Origin: Candidatus Babeliales bacterium
Lineage (GTDB): Bacteria > Babelota > Babeliae > Babelales > JBFXEV01
Assembly (NCBI GenBank): GCA_050179755.1
Contig: JBFXEV010000001.1
Coordinates: forward strand, 1,225,994-1,289,993
DNA: 64,000 bases
Direction: 5' to 3'
The notes under the pieces were generated by a model. It searched no databases, was not told where the DNA came from, and saw nothing but the letters and a program-made list of their open reading frames with translations. Shown one piece after another: positions 19,270 to 28,935 of the stretch. The translations under genes were made by a program, and so were the position numbers. Numbering within the stretch: the stretch's first letter is position 1; each line of letters opens with the position of its first letter.

Positions 19270-20493
19270 TTAATGCCAATTAAGAGGATTGAGCACTTCT
19301 TTTAATGTTGCGTCTTGAATTATATCACAGGCTTGTTGTTGATCTTTATTTACAATGCCTAATATTTTACGCAAATTTAGTGTTTCATCAGAGGTATGAC
19401 AACTATGCTTTTTAAGATCTAGTAAGCAGGCATCAAGATACTGCCTTCTCATTGACGAAACACTAGCATAATGTGGCATCAGGAGCTTAGCAAGATTTTC
19501 GCTGCCGGTTTGCACGCATTCTATTGGCATGTGGGAAAATATACGCAAAATTATTTCACGTGGTAATGCAGGTAAATCATTTTCAGAATTATTCCCGTGT
19601 CTTTGATTTATAAGGAGTACTGTTTTCAGCTGCGCACGAGCCGCTAGTCTAAAATCCTTAGTATATTTTGTGTTTACCATGAGAGCAGCTAGTATTCTTT
19701 TATTATTCAATCGCGCAGCGGCATGATATACCGTATTGCCATCACTATCCTGATGACTCATATAATTGCCATGTGCACGTACAATTTCAATAATCTCAAG
19801 TGCACGATCTTCCGTTTCTTGCGCATCATATTCTGGTGCATAGTCTGGCTTTCTTTGTAAGCGCTCACAAAGAATGTGCAGTGCGTGACCTTGATATATA
19901 TGATGCAAAGGTACATTATTGTGCCATGTCATAGGGGGTGGTGTCACTGCTGCCCCTGCCTGAAGTAATGTGCGCACTAATTGCGGATTCAAGCATTGCA
20001 CTGGCGTGGCAATAGGCCTGTGCCCTAACAAATCATCAACAGCATTGATGTGTGCCCCCATTGCAATCAAACGTCTTACTACTGGCACCTGGCCCCGGGC
20101 AAGAGCACCAATAAGTGGAATCCATCCATTTTGATCGCGTGGGTTTATATAAGCATCATGAGCTAATAATAAGTTGACTATGCCAAGATGACCTGCACTT
20201 GCTGCGTAATGCAAACATGTGCTTTTATCACATCCCTCTTCATCAAGCGGATCTTCGTAATACAATAACACATTAGAACTTACGCCAGCGTTTAAAAGTT
20301 GAGCCGCTTCAGCCTCGTTGCCATTTTTGCATGTAAGCCATAGTTGTTTTACTTGTTCTTGTTCTTGCGGCGTGCGTCTGGCGCCTTCACGAGGAGCAAT
20401 CAAGTGATGCATCCCTAAAGCCGTTACCGAAACAAAGCTTGCAAGAAACGCCAAAAAGGCAAAGGAAAATAATTTTACAGGGGAAAAGGTCAT
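19270..20493 (-). CDS. Secreted ankyrin protein with F-box-like motif
   Basis: STCLHYAA, GWIPLIGA, GNTVYHAAA; LPALPREIILRIFSHM. Confidence 0.88.
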   Translation of the reverse strand: MTFSPVKLFSFAFLAFLASFVSVTALGMHHLIAPREGARRTPQEQEQVKQLWLTCKNGNEAEAAQLLNAGVSSNVLLYYEDPLDEEGCDKSTCLHYAASAGHLGIVNLLLAHDAYINPRDQNGWIPLIGALARGQVPVVRRLIAMGAHINAVDDLLGHRPIATPVQCLNPQLVRTLLQAGAAVTPPPMTWHNNVPLHHIYQGHALHILCERLQRKPDYAPEYDAQETEDRALEIIEIVRAHGNYMSHQDSDGNTVYHAAARLNNKRILAALMVNTKYTKDFRLAARAQLKTVLLINQRHGNNSENDLPALPREIILRIFSHMPIECVQTGSENLAKLLMPHYASVSSMRRQYLDACLLDLKKHSCHTSDETLNLRKILGIVNKDQQQACDIIQDATLKEVLNPLNWH

Positions 20494-20539
20494 GAATCTC
20501 TCCTTGGGTAAAAGGGCAAACTCTTTTATAATCTTTATT

Positions 20540-20567
20540 AGTATATATTAAAATTACTATTTGTCAA
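20540..20567 (-). promoter_or_regulatory. sigma70 promoter for the 20493 ankyrin gene
   Basis: TTGACA-16-TATACT on minus strand. Confidence 0.7.
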
Positions 20568-20622
20568 TCAGTCGCTTGATTGGCTACCCTGGCGTGAGGT
20601 GATTTAACCTGTAAATTGGGCT

Positions 20623-20661
20623 AAAAAAAACCATCGCATTGAAACAAGTTCAATGCGATGG
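20623..20661 (-). terminator. Intrinsic terminator
   Basis: 13-bp stem CCATCGCATTGAA/TTCAATGCGATGG followed by U8 on minus strand. Confidence 0.85.
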
Positions 20662-20740
20662 AAAAAAGGAGAGTAGTAATGAAGCCTTAATTAAAGTGCC
20701 TAGGTATGGTATTATTAAAATACTCTACCTGAGCTGTTCA
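20623..20740 (-). ncRNA. Candidate ~118-nt sRNA
   Basis: Own promoter TTGACA(20774-20769)-16-CATACT(20752-20747), internal hairpin, anti-SD CUCUCCUU, intrinsic terminator; no ORF. Confidence 0.55.
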
Positions 20741-20898
20741 GTATTAAGTATGCCTTAAATTCAGTGAATGTCAATAATTTAAATTATTTTTACCTGAATC
20801 TTTGCACATATTTCAACGAACAATTACAAATGTATACCCTATTTACCCTTCTGTCAACAAATATATTAAAAAAGGCATAATTTATTTTAAACTTCATT

Positions 20899-21981
20899 TC
20901 AATCAGTAAGGCAGGCTATTTGGGCGCCTAGTTCTTTAAGGGTATCAGGAAGATCTCCTGTGCTTGTGGGGCTTGTTAAAATAAGTTGGCATTTAAGGCT
21001 AGTAAGGAGTGCAAGCAGCATTTTTATGCGCTCTGTGTCAAAATCAGCCATAAAGTCATCCACTAATAACGTGCACGGCCCTTTCTTTGCAACAAGCTCT
21101 TGCAGCTGCGCTACTTTAAGTAAAAATACAATTAATTTTTGTTGGCCACGTGAAGCAAATGCTTTGGAGCCTTTATCTTGAAAGTGAATGGCTATGTCAT
21201 CCAAATGCGCGCCAAATAAAGATCTGCCAAAGGCGCGTTCTTGCTCATACAATTGTGGGCGTGAAGCAAGAAATTGTGGCCATGACGTTGCGTTACCTAT
21301 CAGGCGTGGGCGATAGGTAAAAGTAATGCGTAAAGCGTTTGGCAAAAATGCTGCAAGCAACGCATTGGTGCGTTCTTGCAGTGCGTGTAATTGTTCTTGC
21401 CTTTTTGCTTGTACCACGCATGACTGATTCCAAAGTTGCTGCGTCCATGTGTGATAAAGCTCGTCATTACTAGTTCCGTTATATAAAAGAGCATTCCTAT
21501 TTGCATGAATATGTTTATACGTGCGTAGTGCTGCGCTATAATCAGGATCTGCTAAGGCAATTGCTTGATCAATAAACGTACGCCTTAGTTCTGGTCCTTC
21601 TTGAATCAATGCAAGATCGTCACTTGTGAGCGTGATAATGCGATAATGATCAGTTAGTTCTTTATATGTTTGGATAGGCCGTTGGTTAATTTTCACCAAA
21701 CGTTTTTTACTACTTTGAGAGAACCCTACTTGGAGTTCATGCCGTTCAAGGTGATCTTTAAATTGAATATTAATAAAAAAGGTGTCTTGACCATGCCTAA
21801 TAAGCTCACGTGGCAAATGAGTGCGGAATGAACGTAAATAACATCCATAGTGAACTGCTTCAAGTAGCGATGTTTTGCCCGAGCCATTGCTGCCACAAAG
21901 TAATACAAGTGGTGCTTCAAGTTGTAACGAATACTCTTTGAAGCACCGAAGATTTTTAATAAGAAGTTGTGTTATATGCAA
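20899..21981 (-). CDS. recF: DNA replication/repair protein RecF
   Basis: GSNGSGKTSLLEAV, SFRT, GPELRRTFID, ASRGQQK, LLVDD; follows dnaN. Confidence 0.95.
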   Translation of the reverse strand: MHITQLLIKNLRCFKEYSLQLEAPLVLLCGSNGSGKTSLLEAVHYGCYLRSFRTHLPRELIRHGQDTFFINIQFKDHLERHELQVGFSQSSKKRLVKINQRPIQTYKELTDHYRIITLTSDDLALIQEGPELRRTFIDQAIALADPDYSAALRTYKHIHANRNALLYNGTSNDELYHTWTQQLWNQSCVVQAKRQEQLHALQERTNALLAAFLPNALRITFTYRPRLIGNATSWPQFLASRPQLYEQERAFGRSLFGAHLDDIAIHFQDKGSKAFASRGQQKLIVFLLKVAQLQELVAKKGPCTLLVDDFMADFDTERIKMLLALLTSLKCQLILTSPTSTGDLPDTLKELGAQIACLTD

Positions 21982-21986
21982 ATGGG

Positions 21987-23114
21987 TTACTGCGTGTGTG
22001 CTGTTGGTGAAACCGGCATAACCAAATAGGTTACGTGGTAATGATCTTTATCCATTTCAAAGATGATTGGCCGTGACGGGTTATTTAAATAACAGGTTAC
22101 TTGATCATCAGAAAACGTTTGGAGCCCATTGAGTAAATAAGGCGAATAAAATCTAATATCTAGCTCTTGGCCATTAAACTCTATAAGTGGTACATCTTCT
22201 TCTAATTTACCTACTTCTTTGTTATGCATTGCCACGTGTACCTTATCTTTGCCAAAGCCAAAGCTTGTTGCCAAAAACTGGCCAGAGAGCAAGCAAGCAG
22301 AGCGGCGCAATGTTTTAATTAAGCGCGAACGGTCAAGTGTTGCGGGTGCAAAGCCTTCTTTATTCATAATAGATTGATATTGTGGGAACTTATCGCCAAG
22401 CAATTTAGTAAAGAAATTGAATGCTTGTCCAGAAAACACCAATTGATTACCACAAACACCCAAAAAAACTGCTTCTTGCTTTTCTGTTTCGGTAAGTTTT
22501 TTCATTTCAAAAATGGCTCTGCGTGGTAGTAACCACACTCGTTCTTGGCCCAACGTGCATGCAGTTGTTGTTACTTGCGCAAGGCAATGGCCGTCAGTAG
22601 ACGTCATTTTTAATTCTTGTTGATTAATTTCAATAAGTAATCCATTAAGAGCAGGGTTTGCATTATTTTGAGGAATGAGGAATGAAACTTTATCAAGCAT
22701 GCCAAGAAGCAGTTGCGTATCAAGCTGCATAAGATTTTCAATACGCTCAGGAAACGGTGGAAATTCTTCGGCAGATTTAATATTAAGTGACACGTTTACC
22801 GCATTCGCTTGAATGGTCAGTTGGCTATCGGTAAGCGTAAAAGCGATATCGCCTTCTAATTCTTTGACAATATCAAAAATGCGCTTTCCATGCACTAAAA
22901 ATGAACGAGCTTCTTCTATGTTGCTTGTAAGCAGCGGGCAATGCACTTGCAGGCTAATTTCTAAATCGGTTGCTTTAAGCACTAATTCTTTGTGCCCAAT
23001 ATGAAACAATATATTAGTAGTGGCATCAAGAGTAGTGCGCTTTGAGCAAATTGGTTGCATTGAGGCAAGCAACGAAAGCACGGCTTTTTGTTCAACAGAA
23101 AAGGTATGCGCCAT
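21987..23114 (-). CDS. dnaN: DNA polymerase III beta clamp
   Basis: ATDLEI, EEFP.FP, STDGH.LA, KFPQYQ, YLVMPV. Confidence 0.95.
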   Translation of the reverse strand: MAHTFSVEQKAVLSLLASMQPICSKRTTLDATTNILFHIGHKELVLKATDLEISLQVHCPLLTSNIEEARSFLVHGKRIFDIVKELEGDIAFTLTDSQLTIQANAVNVSLNIKSAEEFPPFPERIENLMQLDTQLLLGMLDKVSFLIPQNNANPALNGLLIEINQQELKMTSTDGHCLAQVTTTACTLGQERVWLLPRRAIFEMKKLTETEKQEAVFLGVCGNQLVFSGQAFNFFTKLLGDKFPQYQSIMNKEGFAPATLDRSRLIKTLRRSACLLSGQFLATSFGFGKDKVHVAMHNKEVGKLEEDVPLIEFNGQELDIRFYSPYLLNGLQTFSDDQVTCYLNNPSRPIIFEMDKDHYHVTYLVMPVSPTAHTQ

Positions 23115-23286
23115 GGAATTGACATCCTAATGAATTAATTACTGCGTTATATACTTATTTTAATATATTAAGTATACAAATCCTACTCAGTGTTGGCAAT
23201 TATAGTCTTCGGGAAAAAGAGTATTGCGTAGAGAACTGAATTTTTGCATACTTAAAGCAGTAAAATAATCTACGCAAGGAGATGGG

Positions 23287-23721
23287 GTGATTGCAGGAGC
23301 ATTAGTTAGTAAGTTGTTGGCGATGATATGGCTATGGAGTAATATTGCCTATCTCTATGCAATGGAAGTCACTTTTTGGCAAAAAGGTTTTGAGCGTGTA
23401 CTCACTACTGCAATCGCGGTAGGAATCACACAAAGTATTAAAGAATCTGAACTTCCCCAAGAAATTAAAGTCCCGCTATGTTGTGCAACTTTTACGGTAG
23501 GCGCCTATGGCATTGACTGGCATAAACCTGTTCCTATTACTAACACCAAATCGTTGGTGCTAGCACTTGCAGGATCCACACTTGCACTCACTGGTTCATC
23601 GCGCCTTCTTACAGAAATGAATGTAACTGCGCGCAGTAAAGCTACTATAATGACAGTGCTTTATGGCATTACTCTTTGGCGGTTTTACAAGGCAAATGCA
23701 GGAACAGATCATGACAATTAA
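23287..23721 (+). CDS. Hypothetical membrane protein with signal peptide
   Basis: ..YLYA|ME; several hydrophobic segments; GTG start with SD AGGAG. Confidence 0.65.
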   Translation: MIAGALVSKLLAMIWLWSNIAYLYAMEVTFWQKGFERVLTTAIAVGITQSIKESELPQEIKVPLCCATFTVGAYGIDWHKPVPITNTKSLVLALAGSTLALTGSSRLLTEMNVTARSKATIMTVLYGITLWRFYKANAGTDHDN

Positions 23722-24589
23722 GTTAGTGTATGTACTTTTTATTTTGCTTGCGCATCAGCCAATGGTGTTATGCATGAAACGTGAAAGAGGAAGAATAGCC
23801 CCGCAAGAACGATCTGAAAAACCGAGATTGAAACAATCCAAATCAACAAGTTATGGCAGGCAAATTGCAAAAATGCATGAAGCAAAGCAACGTAAACCTT
23901 CACTCCATGGCGCTGCATATTTGATAGGAAGCGAAATTCAGAAAATGTTGGATGCTGGTGCAGATCTTCAAGAAATATATAAAGGCGAAACGCCTTTGCA
24001 TAGGTTTATTTCTGCATCGCATCAAGATGGTATTAAAAAATTATTATTGCACGGCGCATTACTCACTGCTGTTGATGAGGATGGCGATACTGCAGTGCAT
24101 AGAGCAGCATATAATAACCATCACATTGCGCGGATCGTGCTTATAAGCCCACAAGGTAGCCCGGTGCGTATGACACAAGAATTTAAGCGAGCGCGCGAAA
24201 CAACCATAGTTTTTATGCAGGCCCTTAAAAATCGTAGCTTTCCTCGCGAGATTCGAAGAATAATTCGAAATTATATGCTACCAGATCCAAAAAAGCTCCT
24301 CGAGATGCTACCATTACACGAACTGCTCTATTATCTTAAATATTATTCTGTAGCGCAAAAAAAAGTAATGCTAGACTTTCTTGTTAAGCGCCATATTTCT
24401 GACGTATTTTTTGCATATAATGCAGAAAATTATCGTGGGCAAACTCCTTTTGCCTTGGCAAAAGATCGCTCACACCGCATGCGCCCATTTACAGCGCCAG
24501 TGCGTTTATTAAATAGTATACATTTTAATGAACTCAAGCCTTTAATTACAGCCAATTATGCCCAATTATTGGGCTTGCAGGTTGCCTAG
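23711..24589 (+). CDS. Secreted ankyrin protein with F-box-like motif
   Basis: Start re-placed at ATG 23711 (MTIKLVYVLFILLAHQPMVLC|MKR); GETPLHRF, GDTAVHRAA, GQTPFALA; FPREIRRIIRNYM. Confidence 0.82.
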   Translation: MTIKLVYVLFILLAHQPMVLCMKRERGRIAPQERSEKPRLKQSKSTSYGRQIAKMHEAKQRKPSLHGAAYLIGSEIQKMLDAGADLQEIYKGETPLHRFISASHQDGIKKLLLHGALLTAVDEDGDTAVHRAAYNNHHIARIVLISPQGSPVRMTQEFKRARETTIVFMQALKNRSFPREIRRIIRNYMLPDPKKLLEMLPLHELLYYLKYYSVAQKKVMLDFLVKRHISDVFFAYNAENYRGQTPFALAKDRSHRMRPFTAPVRLLNSIHFNELKPLITANYAQLLGLQVA

Positions 24590-24591
24590 CA

Positions 24592-25497
24592 TTAAGACCG
24601 TGGGTGTTTCTTATCATACATTTGGCGTAGAAAATCAGTTTCTACATGCGTATAAATTTGCACCGTATTTACATTCTCATGGCCAAGCCATAATTGGAGT
24701 GATCGCAAGTCTGCTCCTTTTTTAAGTAAATGTGTTGCCAAAGAATGGCGCAATTGATGCGGCGATATCGCGCGCTTGATGCCAGCAGCTTCACACATTT
24801 TTTTTACAATGCCCCAGCACGCCTGGCGTGTAATGTGCTTGATAGTATCTGCATACAAAATCGGAAACAAATATTCCACAACCACACCGTTATTATATTT
24901 ATCACAAAATTGTTTATGCGCTGACGCCAAATACGCCCGTATAAGTTCCCACGTGCCTAGTGGTAGTGGTACCAAGCGTTGTTTGCTGCCTTTGCCTTCT
25001 ATGGCAACAAAGCCAGTATCTTGGTGCAATTGGCCTAATCTGATTGCAATGAGTTCGCTAATGCGCATACCAGAGGCATAGAGCAAATGTAAGAGCAATC
25101 TATTGCGTTCACCTAGTTGACTTGCATCAGAACCTGCAACCTGCAATAAATCTTTTACTTCTTGTTCTGTCAAAAATTTGGGCAACGTTTTGGTAATGCG
25201 CGGAGAAATAAGTTCTTGCGCACTATCAGGCCACCCTTCTTTTTGGTGAGCATATTGATAAAACATTTTGAGTGATGAAATTTTACGTGCCATACTCCGT
25301 GCACTTAATTTTTCTTGCTTCAATACTTTTAAGAAAGATTTGATTTCTTGCACAGTGGCTTTTTCAAGAGCAATTTTTTTGCGGTTAAGAAAGGTAAGAT
25401 ATTGCGCAAGATCTTGTTTATATGCGGCAAACGTATTAGCCGAAACGCGTTTTTGAGTGAGTAAATAAGCCTCGAATGAGACAACTATGAGGTGCAT
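24592..25497 (-). CDS. xerD: Site-specific tyrosine recombinase XerD
   Basis: LYASGMRISEL, GKGSKQRLVP, SPHQLRHSLATHLL..GADLR, LGH, TVQIYTHV, HPRS C-terminus. Confidence 0.9.
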   Translation of the reverse strand: MHLIVVSFEAYLLTQKRVSANTFAAYKQDLAQYLTFLNRKKIALEKATVQEIKSFLKVLKQEKLSARSMARKISSLKMFYQYAHQKEGWPDSAQELISPRITKTLPKFLTEQEVKDLLQVAGSDASQLGERNRLLLHLLYASGMRISELIAIRLGQLHQDTGFVAIEGKGSKQRLVPLPLGTWELIRAYLASAHKQFCDKYNNGVVVEYLFPILYADTIKHITRQACWGIVKKMCEAAGIKRAISPHQLRHSLATHLLKKGADLRSLQLWLGHENVNTVQIYTHVETDFLRQMYDKKHPRS

Positions 25498-25662
25498 ATT
25501 TTTCCTTTTTAGAAATTTTTAAAAGCGATCTTTGATACTAGTACTCTCGTTTTACCTGAGAATGCTAAGAAGTCAAGTATGAGTGTACTAAAACTATTGC
25601 ATGCCACAACAAAAAATTCGTATAGTTAATATGCAGAGCGCACTTATGATAAAAGGAGAAAT

Positions 25663-26307
25663 ATGTGTTTTTCAGCAACCAGTAGTTTTATTATGGCAGG
25701 TTCTTTATTTTTTACTACGGTACTGGCTTTACACAAAGCACAGCATAAAAAATTAATTCCCTTGTGCCTCATGCCACTTGGATTTGCCATACAACAAGCT
25801 GCAGAAGGTGTAGTATGGTTAACGATCACTACGCCAAACAACATGCTCCATAGAGTGAGCATCTATACATTTCTAAGTTTTGCCTTTATTATCTGGCCGT
25901 TATGGATACCATTTGCCATTAAAGTATATGAATCACACGAGACCAAAAAAATGTTGCTGTCTCTCTGCCAACTTCTTGGCTTGCTATTTGCGCTCACCGC
26001 TGCATTTTTTTTATTTGCAGCAAAGCCATTAGTAGTTGTAGAAGGAGGCAATCTTGCCTATTACTTTCCCCACAATTTTTTTGCTGGGAAAAGCAGCCTT
26101 GCATGGTATCTTATACCCACCGTGCTCCCTTTTTTATTAATTGGTAGCCGTATTATTGGCACTGCTCTTGGCAGTTTTGCACTCGTTTCACTTGCAGTAA
26201 CCTACTTTGTAACTCCTGCGGGGCTCATTTCCGTATGGTGCTATTTAGCAGCGGTTATGAGCCTCATGATTTTAGGGTTGGTATGGCAAGAAAGTAACAG
26301 AGGTTAA
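25663..26307 (+). CDS. Multi-TM membrane protein (DUF6629-like)
   Basis: MCFSATSSF, FAIQQAAEGVVW, SVWCYLAA. Confidence 0.75.
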   Translation: MCFSATSSFIMAGSLFFTTVLALHKAQHKKLIPLCLMPLGFAIQQAAEGVVWLTITTPNNMLHRVSIYTFLSFAFIIWPLWIPFAIKVYESHETKKMLLSLCQLLGLLFALTAAFFLFAAKPLVVVEGGNLAYYFPHNFFAGKSSLAWYLIPTVLPFLLIGSRIIGTALGSFALVSLAVTYFVTPAGLISVWCYLAAVMSLMILGLVWQESNRG

Positions 26308-26311
26308 CTAT

Positions 26312-26890
26312 TTAGCTTTTGGCATTGTTGGCATCAAGTTTTGTTTTGTACGCACGTAAATCGTTACGTGCTTTTTGCGCGGTCAATTCAATAACCAAGG
26401 CTACTTGCTCAAGTACGTCACGCACTTCTTTTTTGCTTTTATAGAGGTAGGTTTCTTTAGCAATAGATTTTTGCGCCGCAGTCATAGCATCGATTACTTG
26501 TTGGAGCTTTTGCATTGAGCTGGTGAATAGCGCCTCTTGATACGAACCCCCTTTTGCAAATAAACTATTATAGGTAATTTTAATGGTATTCACCATAAGA
26601 TCATTATTTTCTAAAATAGTCTCGAGTGTACCGTTAAGCTTTTGATCCCCTTTACCCTGAGCTGCTACAAACTTTTTGAGTTCATTCAAAAAGCGATACC
26701 ATTCTTGCGAGGAAAGTGGCTCACCAAATAAATCATCTTTACTAAAGACTCTCGTGTGGTTGCTTGTGAGCGCCATTAATATTCTATCTTTGGAAACAGC
26801 TCCAGAAAGTTCACCTTTTAGGTTTTCCGTTGTTATAAGTAACATCGGCAATACAATGGTAACACCCCATACTGCATGAATAGCTTTCAT
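26312..26890 (-). CDS. Exported helical hypothetical protein
   Basis: 192-aa ORF, SD AGGAGG, signal-like N-terminus. Confidence 0.7.
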   Translation of the reverse strand: MKAIHAVWGVTIVLPMLLITTENLKGELSGAVSKDRILMALTSNHTRVFSKDDLFGEPLSSQEWYRFLNELKKFVAAQGKGDQKLNGTLETILENNDLMVNTIKITYNSLFAKGGSYQEALFTSSMQKLQQVIDAMTAAQKSIAKETYLYKSKKEVRDVLEQVALVIELTAQKARNDLRAYKTKLDANNAKS

Positions 26891-26917
26891 AGTAACCTCC
26901 TATTTTATTTAATGTTG

Positions 26918-27355
26918 TTATTCTTTATGAGCTTTAATGAGTTCATGCACATTACGCGTGAGCGCATGAATTTCGTGTGTTAATTTATGAATTTCTGCCG
27001 TGAGATCGTTATTGATATTGATAAGTTTGAGAGAGTTTTCATTCACTTCATAATCATGCTCAGCCTGGGTTCTATCACGTGCTGCCTGGCGATTTTGGCT
27101 CATCATAATAATAGGAGCTGTAAAAGCTGCTTGTGTTGCGAGTAATAAGTTCAGTAGCACAAACGGATATTCGTCCCATTTAAATACCAGCGCTGATACG
27201 TTGAGTATAACCCATGCACACAAAATAATTGCTTGTAGAATAATAAACTTCCAAGAACCCAGTGCTTGTGCAATGCAATCTGCTAATCTGCCGCCTAAAT
27301 TATGGTGATGTTCTTGCAAATGGCGCTGATGCCAGTTATGGCCCATTCTAGACAT
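26918..27355 (-). CDS. DUF1003 membrane protein
   Basis: GSWKFII, WD.YPFVLLNL, QAAFTAPIIMMSQNRQ..RDR..AEHDYEVN. Confidence 0.9.
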   Translation of the reverse strand: MSRMGHNWHQRHLQEHHHNLGGRLADCIAQALGSWKFIILQAIILCAWVILNVSALVFKWDEYPFVLLNLLLATQAAFTAPIIMMSQNRQAARDRTQAEHDYEVNENSLKLININNDLTAEIHKLTHEIHALTRNVHELIKAHKE

Positions 27356-27375
27356 AGTACTCCCCTTTTTTGCTT

Positions 27376-28800
27376 CTAGTATGACTTGGCAACAAGAATA
27401 TCTTTATTACTTTTTTCAGCGCAATTAAAGCATTCTGCAAATGTTTTTTGGCCAAGTAAGCATCTAATAGTGGCTTGATGCTCCTTTAACTTTTTTTCAC
27501 AATCAGTCTTGCCACACCATCCAGTTTGCCAAAATCCGCCGCTATCTGAAAGAGTTTTACTAAATTCTGCTAGTTTGGCCCCTTTATGCCACATGCTATG
27601 CAAACGTTCATTTGCCCGTTCAAATAGTGTGTGCTGAATTTCGGTTAGTCTGTTCTGTATATACGTGCTCATCTGAGCAAATTGCACAGCTTCTTTTTTA
27701 ATACCCAAGCGATCAGACACCATGCCAGATCCCGCAGCAACATCTCGTGGGCCAACTTCTATGCGCAGAGGTACACCTTTTAATTCATATTCATAGAATT
27801 TAACACCCGGTGAGCGTTGTTCATCTTCATCAAGATGCACCCGCACACCATCGGCTGCAAGTGTATCTTTGAGTTTACGTACCGCTTCTTTAATTTCTTC
27901 TGTGTTGGCGTTCTTAATAAAGATTGGTACAATCACCACCTGCATTGGCGCGACTTTTGGTGGGATAATGAGTCCCTTTTGATCGCCATGCACCATAATG
28001 GCAGCTCCTACCACGCGCGTAGTAAAGCCCCAACTGGTCAAATGTGGATAGGCCATATTACCATTTCTATCTTGGAACTTCATATCAAATGCTTTTGCAA
28101 AGTTTTGTGAAATCACGTGTGAAGTACACATTTGAAGCGCTTTGCCATCTGGCATCATGGCTTCAATAGTGCGTGTGCTATCAGCTCCCGCAAATTTTTC
28201 ACTTTCTGATTTGTAACCTTTGACTGCAGGGATTGCAAGATAGTTTGAAATGGTATCGTAATATTCATTGAGCATGGTATCAGCCTCTTGATCAGCCTCT
28301 TGCGCAGTTTCATGCGCGGTATGGCCTTCTTGCCAATGAAATTCGGTGGTGCGCAAAAATGGACGCGTGCGCAGTTCCCAACGCACTACGTTTGCCCATT
28401 GGTTAATTTTCATGGGTAAATCGCGCCATGAATTGATCCATTTTGCAAACATAAAATGAATTATTGTCTCAGAAGTTGGGCGGACCACCAGTGGTTCATC
28501 AAGTACTTTGCCTCCTGCATGGGTGACTACCGCAAGCTCTGGTGCAAAGCCTTGCACGTGAGAAGCTTCCTTTTGCAAAAATGACATAGGAATAAATAAA
28601 GGAAATGCAGCATTTTGCGTGCCGTTCTTTTTAATTTTTTCATCAAGAACTTGTTTTACATTTTCCCAAATTGCATACCCATAGGGCCGGATGACCATAG
28701 TACCACGAACGGGTCCTAAATCAACCAGTTCAGCTTTGTAGACTACATCATTGTACCAATCAGCAAAATGGGTGGATATGTCTGGTAATGTCTTGCTCAT
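27376..28800 (-). CDS. proS: Proline--tRNA ligase (archaeal/eukaryote-type)
   Basis: RGTMVIRPYG, GFAPELA, VRPTSET, QWANVVRWE.RTRPFLRT.EF.WQEGHT, C-terminal AKSY. Confidence 0.97.
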   Translation of the reverse strand: MSKTLPDISTHFADWYNDVVYKAELVDLGPVRGTMVIRPYGYAIWENVKQVLDEKIKKNGTQNAAFPLFIPMSFLQKEASHVQGFAPELAVVTHAGGKVLDEPLVVRPTSETIIHFMFAKWINSWRDLPMKINQWANVVRWELRTRPFLRTTEFHWQEGHTAHETAQEADQEADTMLNEYYDTISNYLAIPAVKGYKSESEKFAGADSTRTIEAMMPDGKALQMCTSHVISQNFAKAFDMKFQDRNGNMAYPHLTSWGFTTRVVGAAIMVHGDQKGLIIPPKVAPMQVVIVPIFIKNANTEEIKEAVRKLKDTLAADGVRVHLDEDEQRSPGVKFYEYELKGVPLRIEVGPRDVAAGSGMVSDRLGIKKEAVQFAQMSTYIQNRLTEIQHTLFERANERLHSMWHKGAKLAEFSKTLSDSGGFWQTGWCGKTDCEKKLKEHQATIRCLLGQKTFAECFNCAEKSNKDILVAKSY

Positions 28801-28935
28801 AGTTCTTTACTTACGATAAAATTAAGTTAAATAGGATCTTTAAACAAGATTATTATACTGGAAAATTAGCAACAGGTAAAAATTTGATCATTACGAGCAA
28901 GGAGCAAGCCATACATTAATTCTAGAGGAGAGAGA

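Noticed and set aside
23115..23286. oriC upstream of dnaN
   Set aside because: No TTATCCACA-like boxes and no dnaA.
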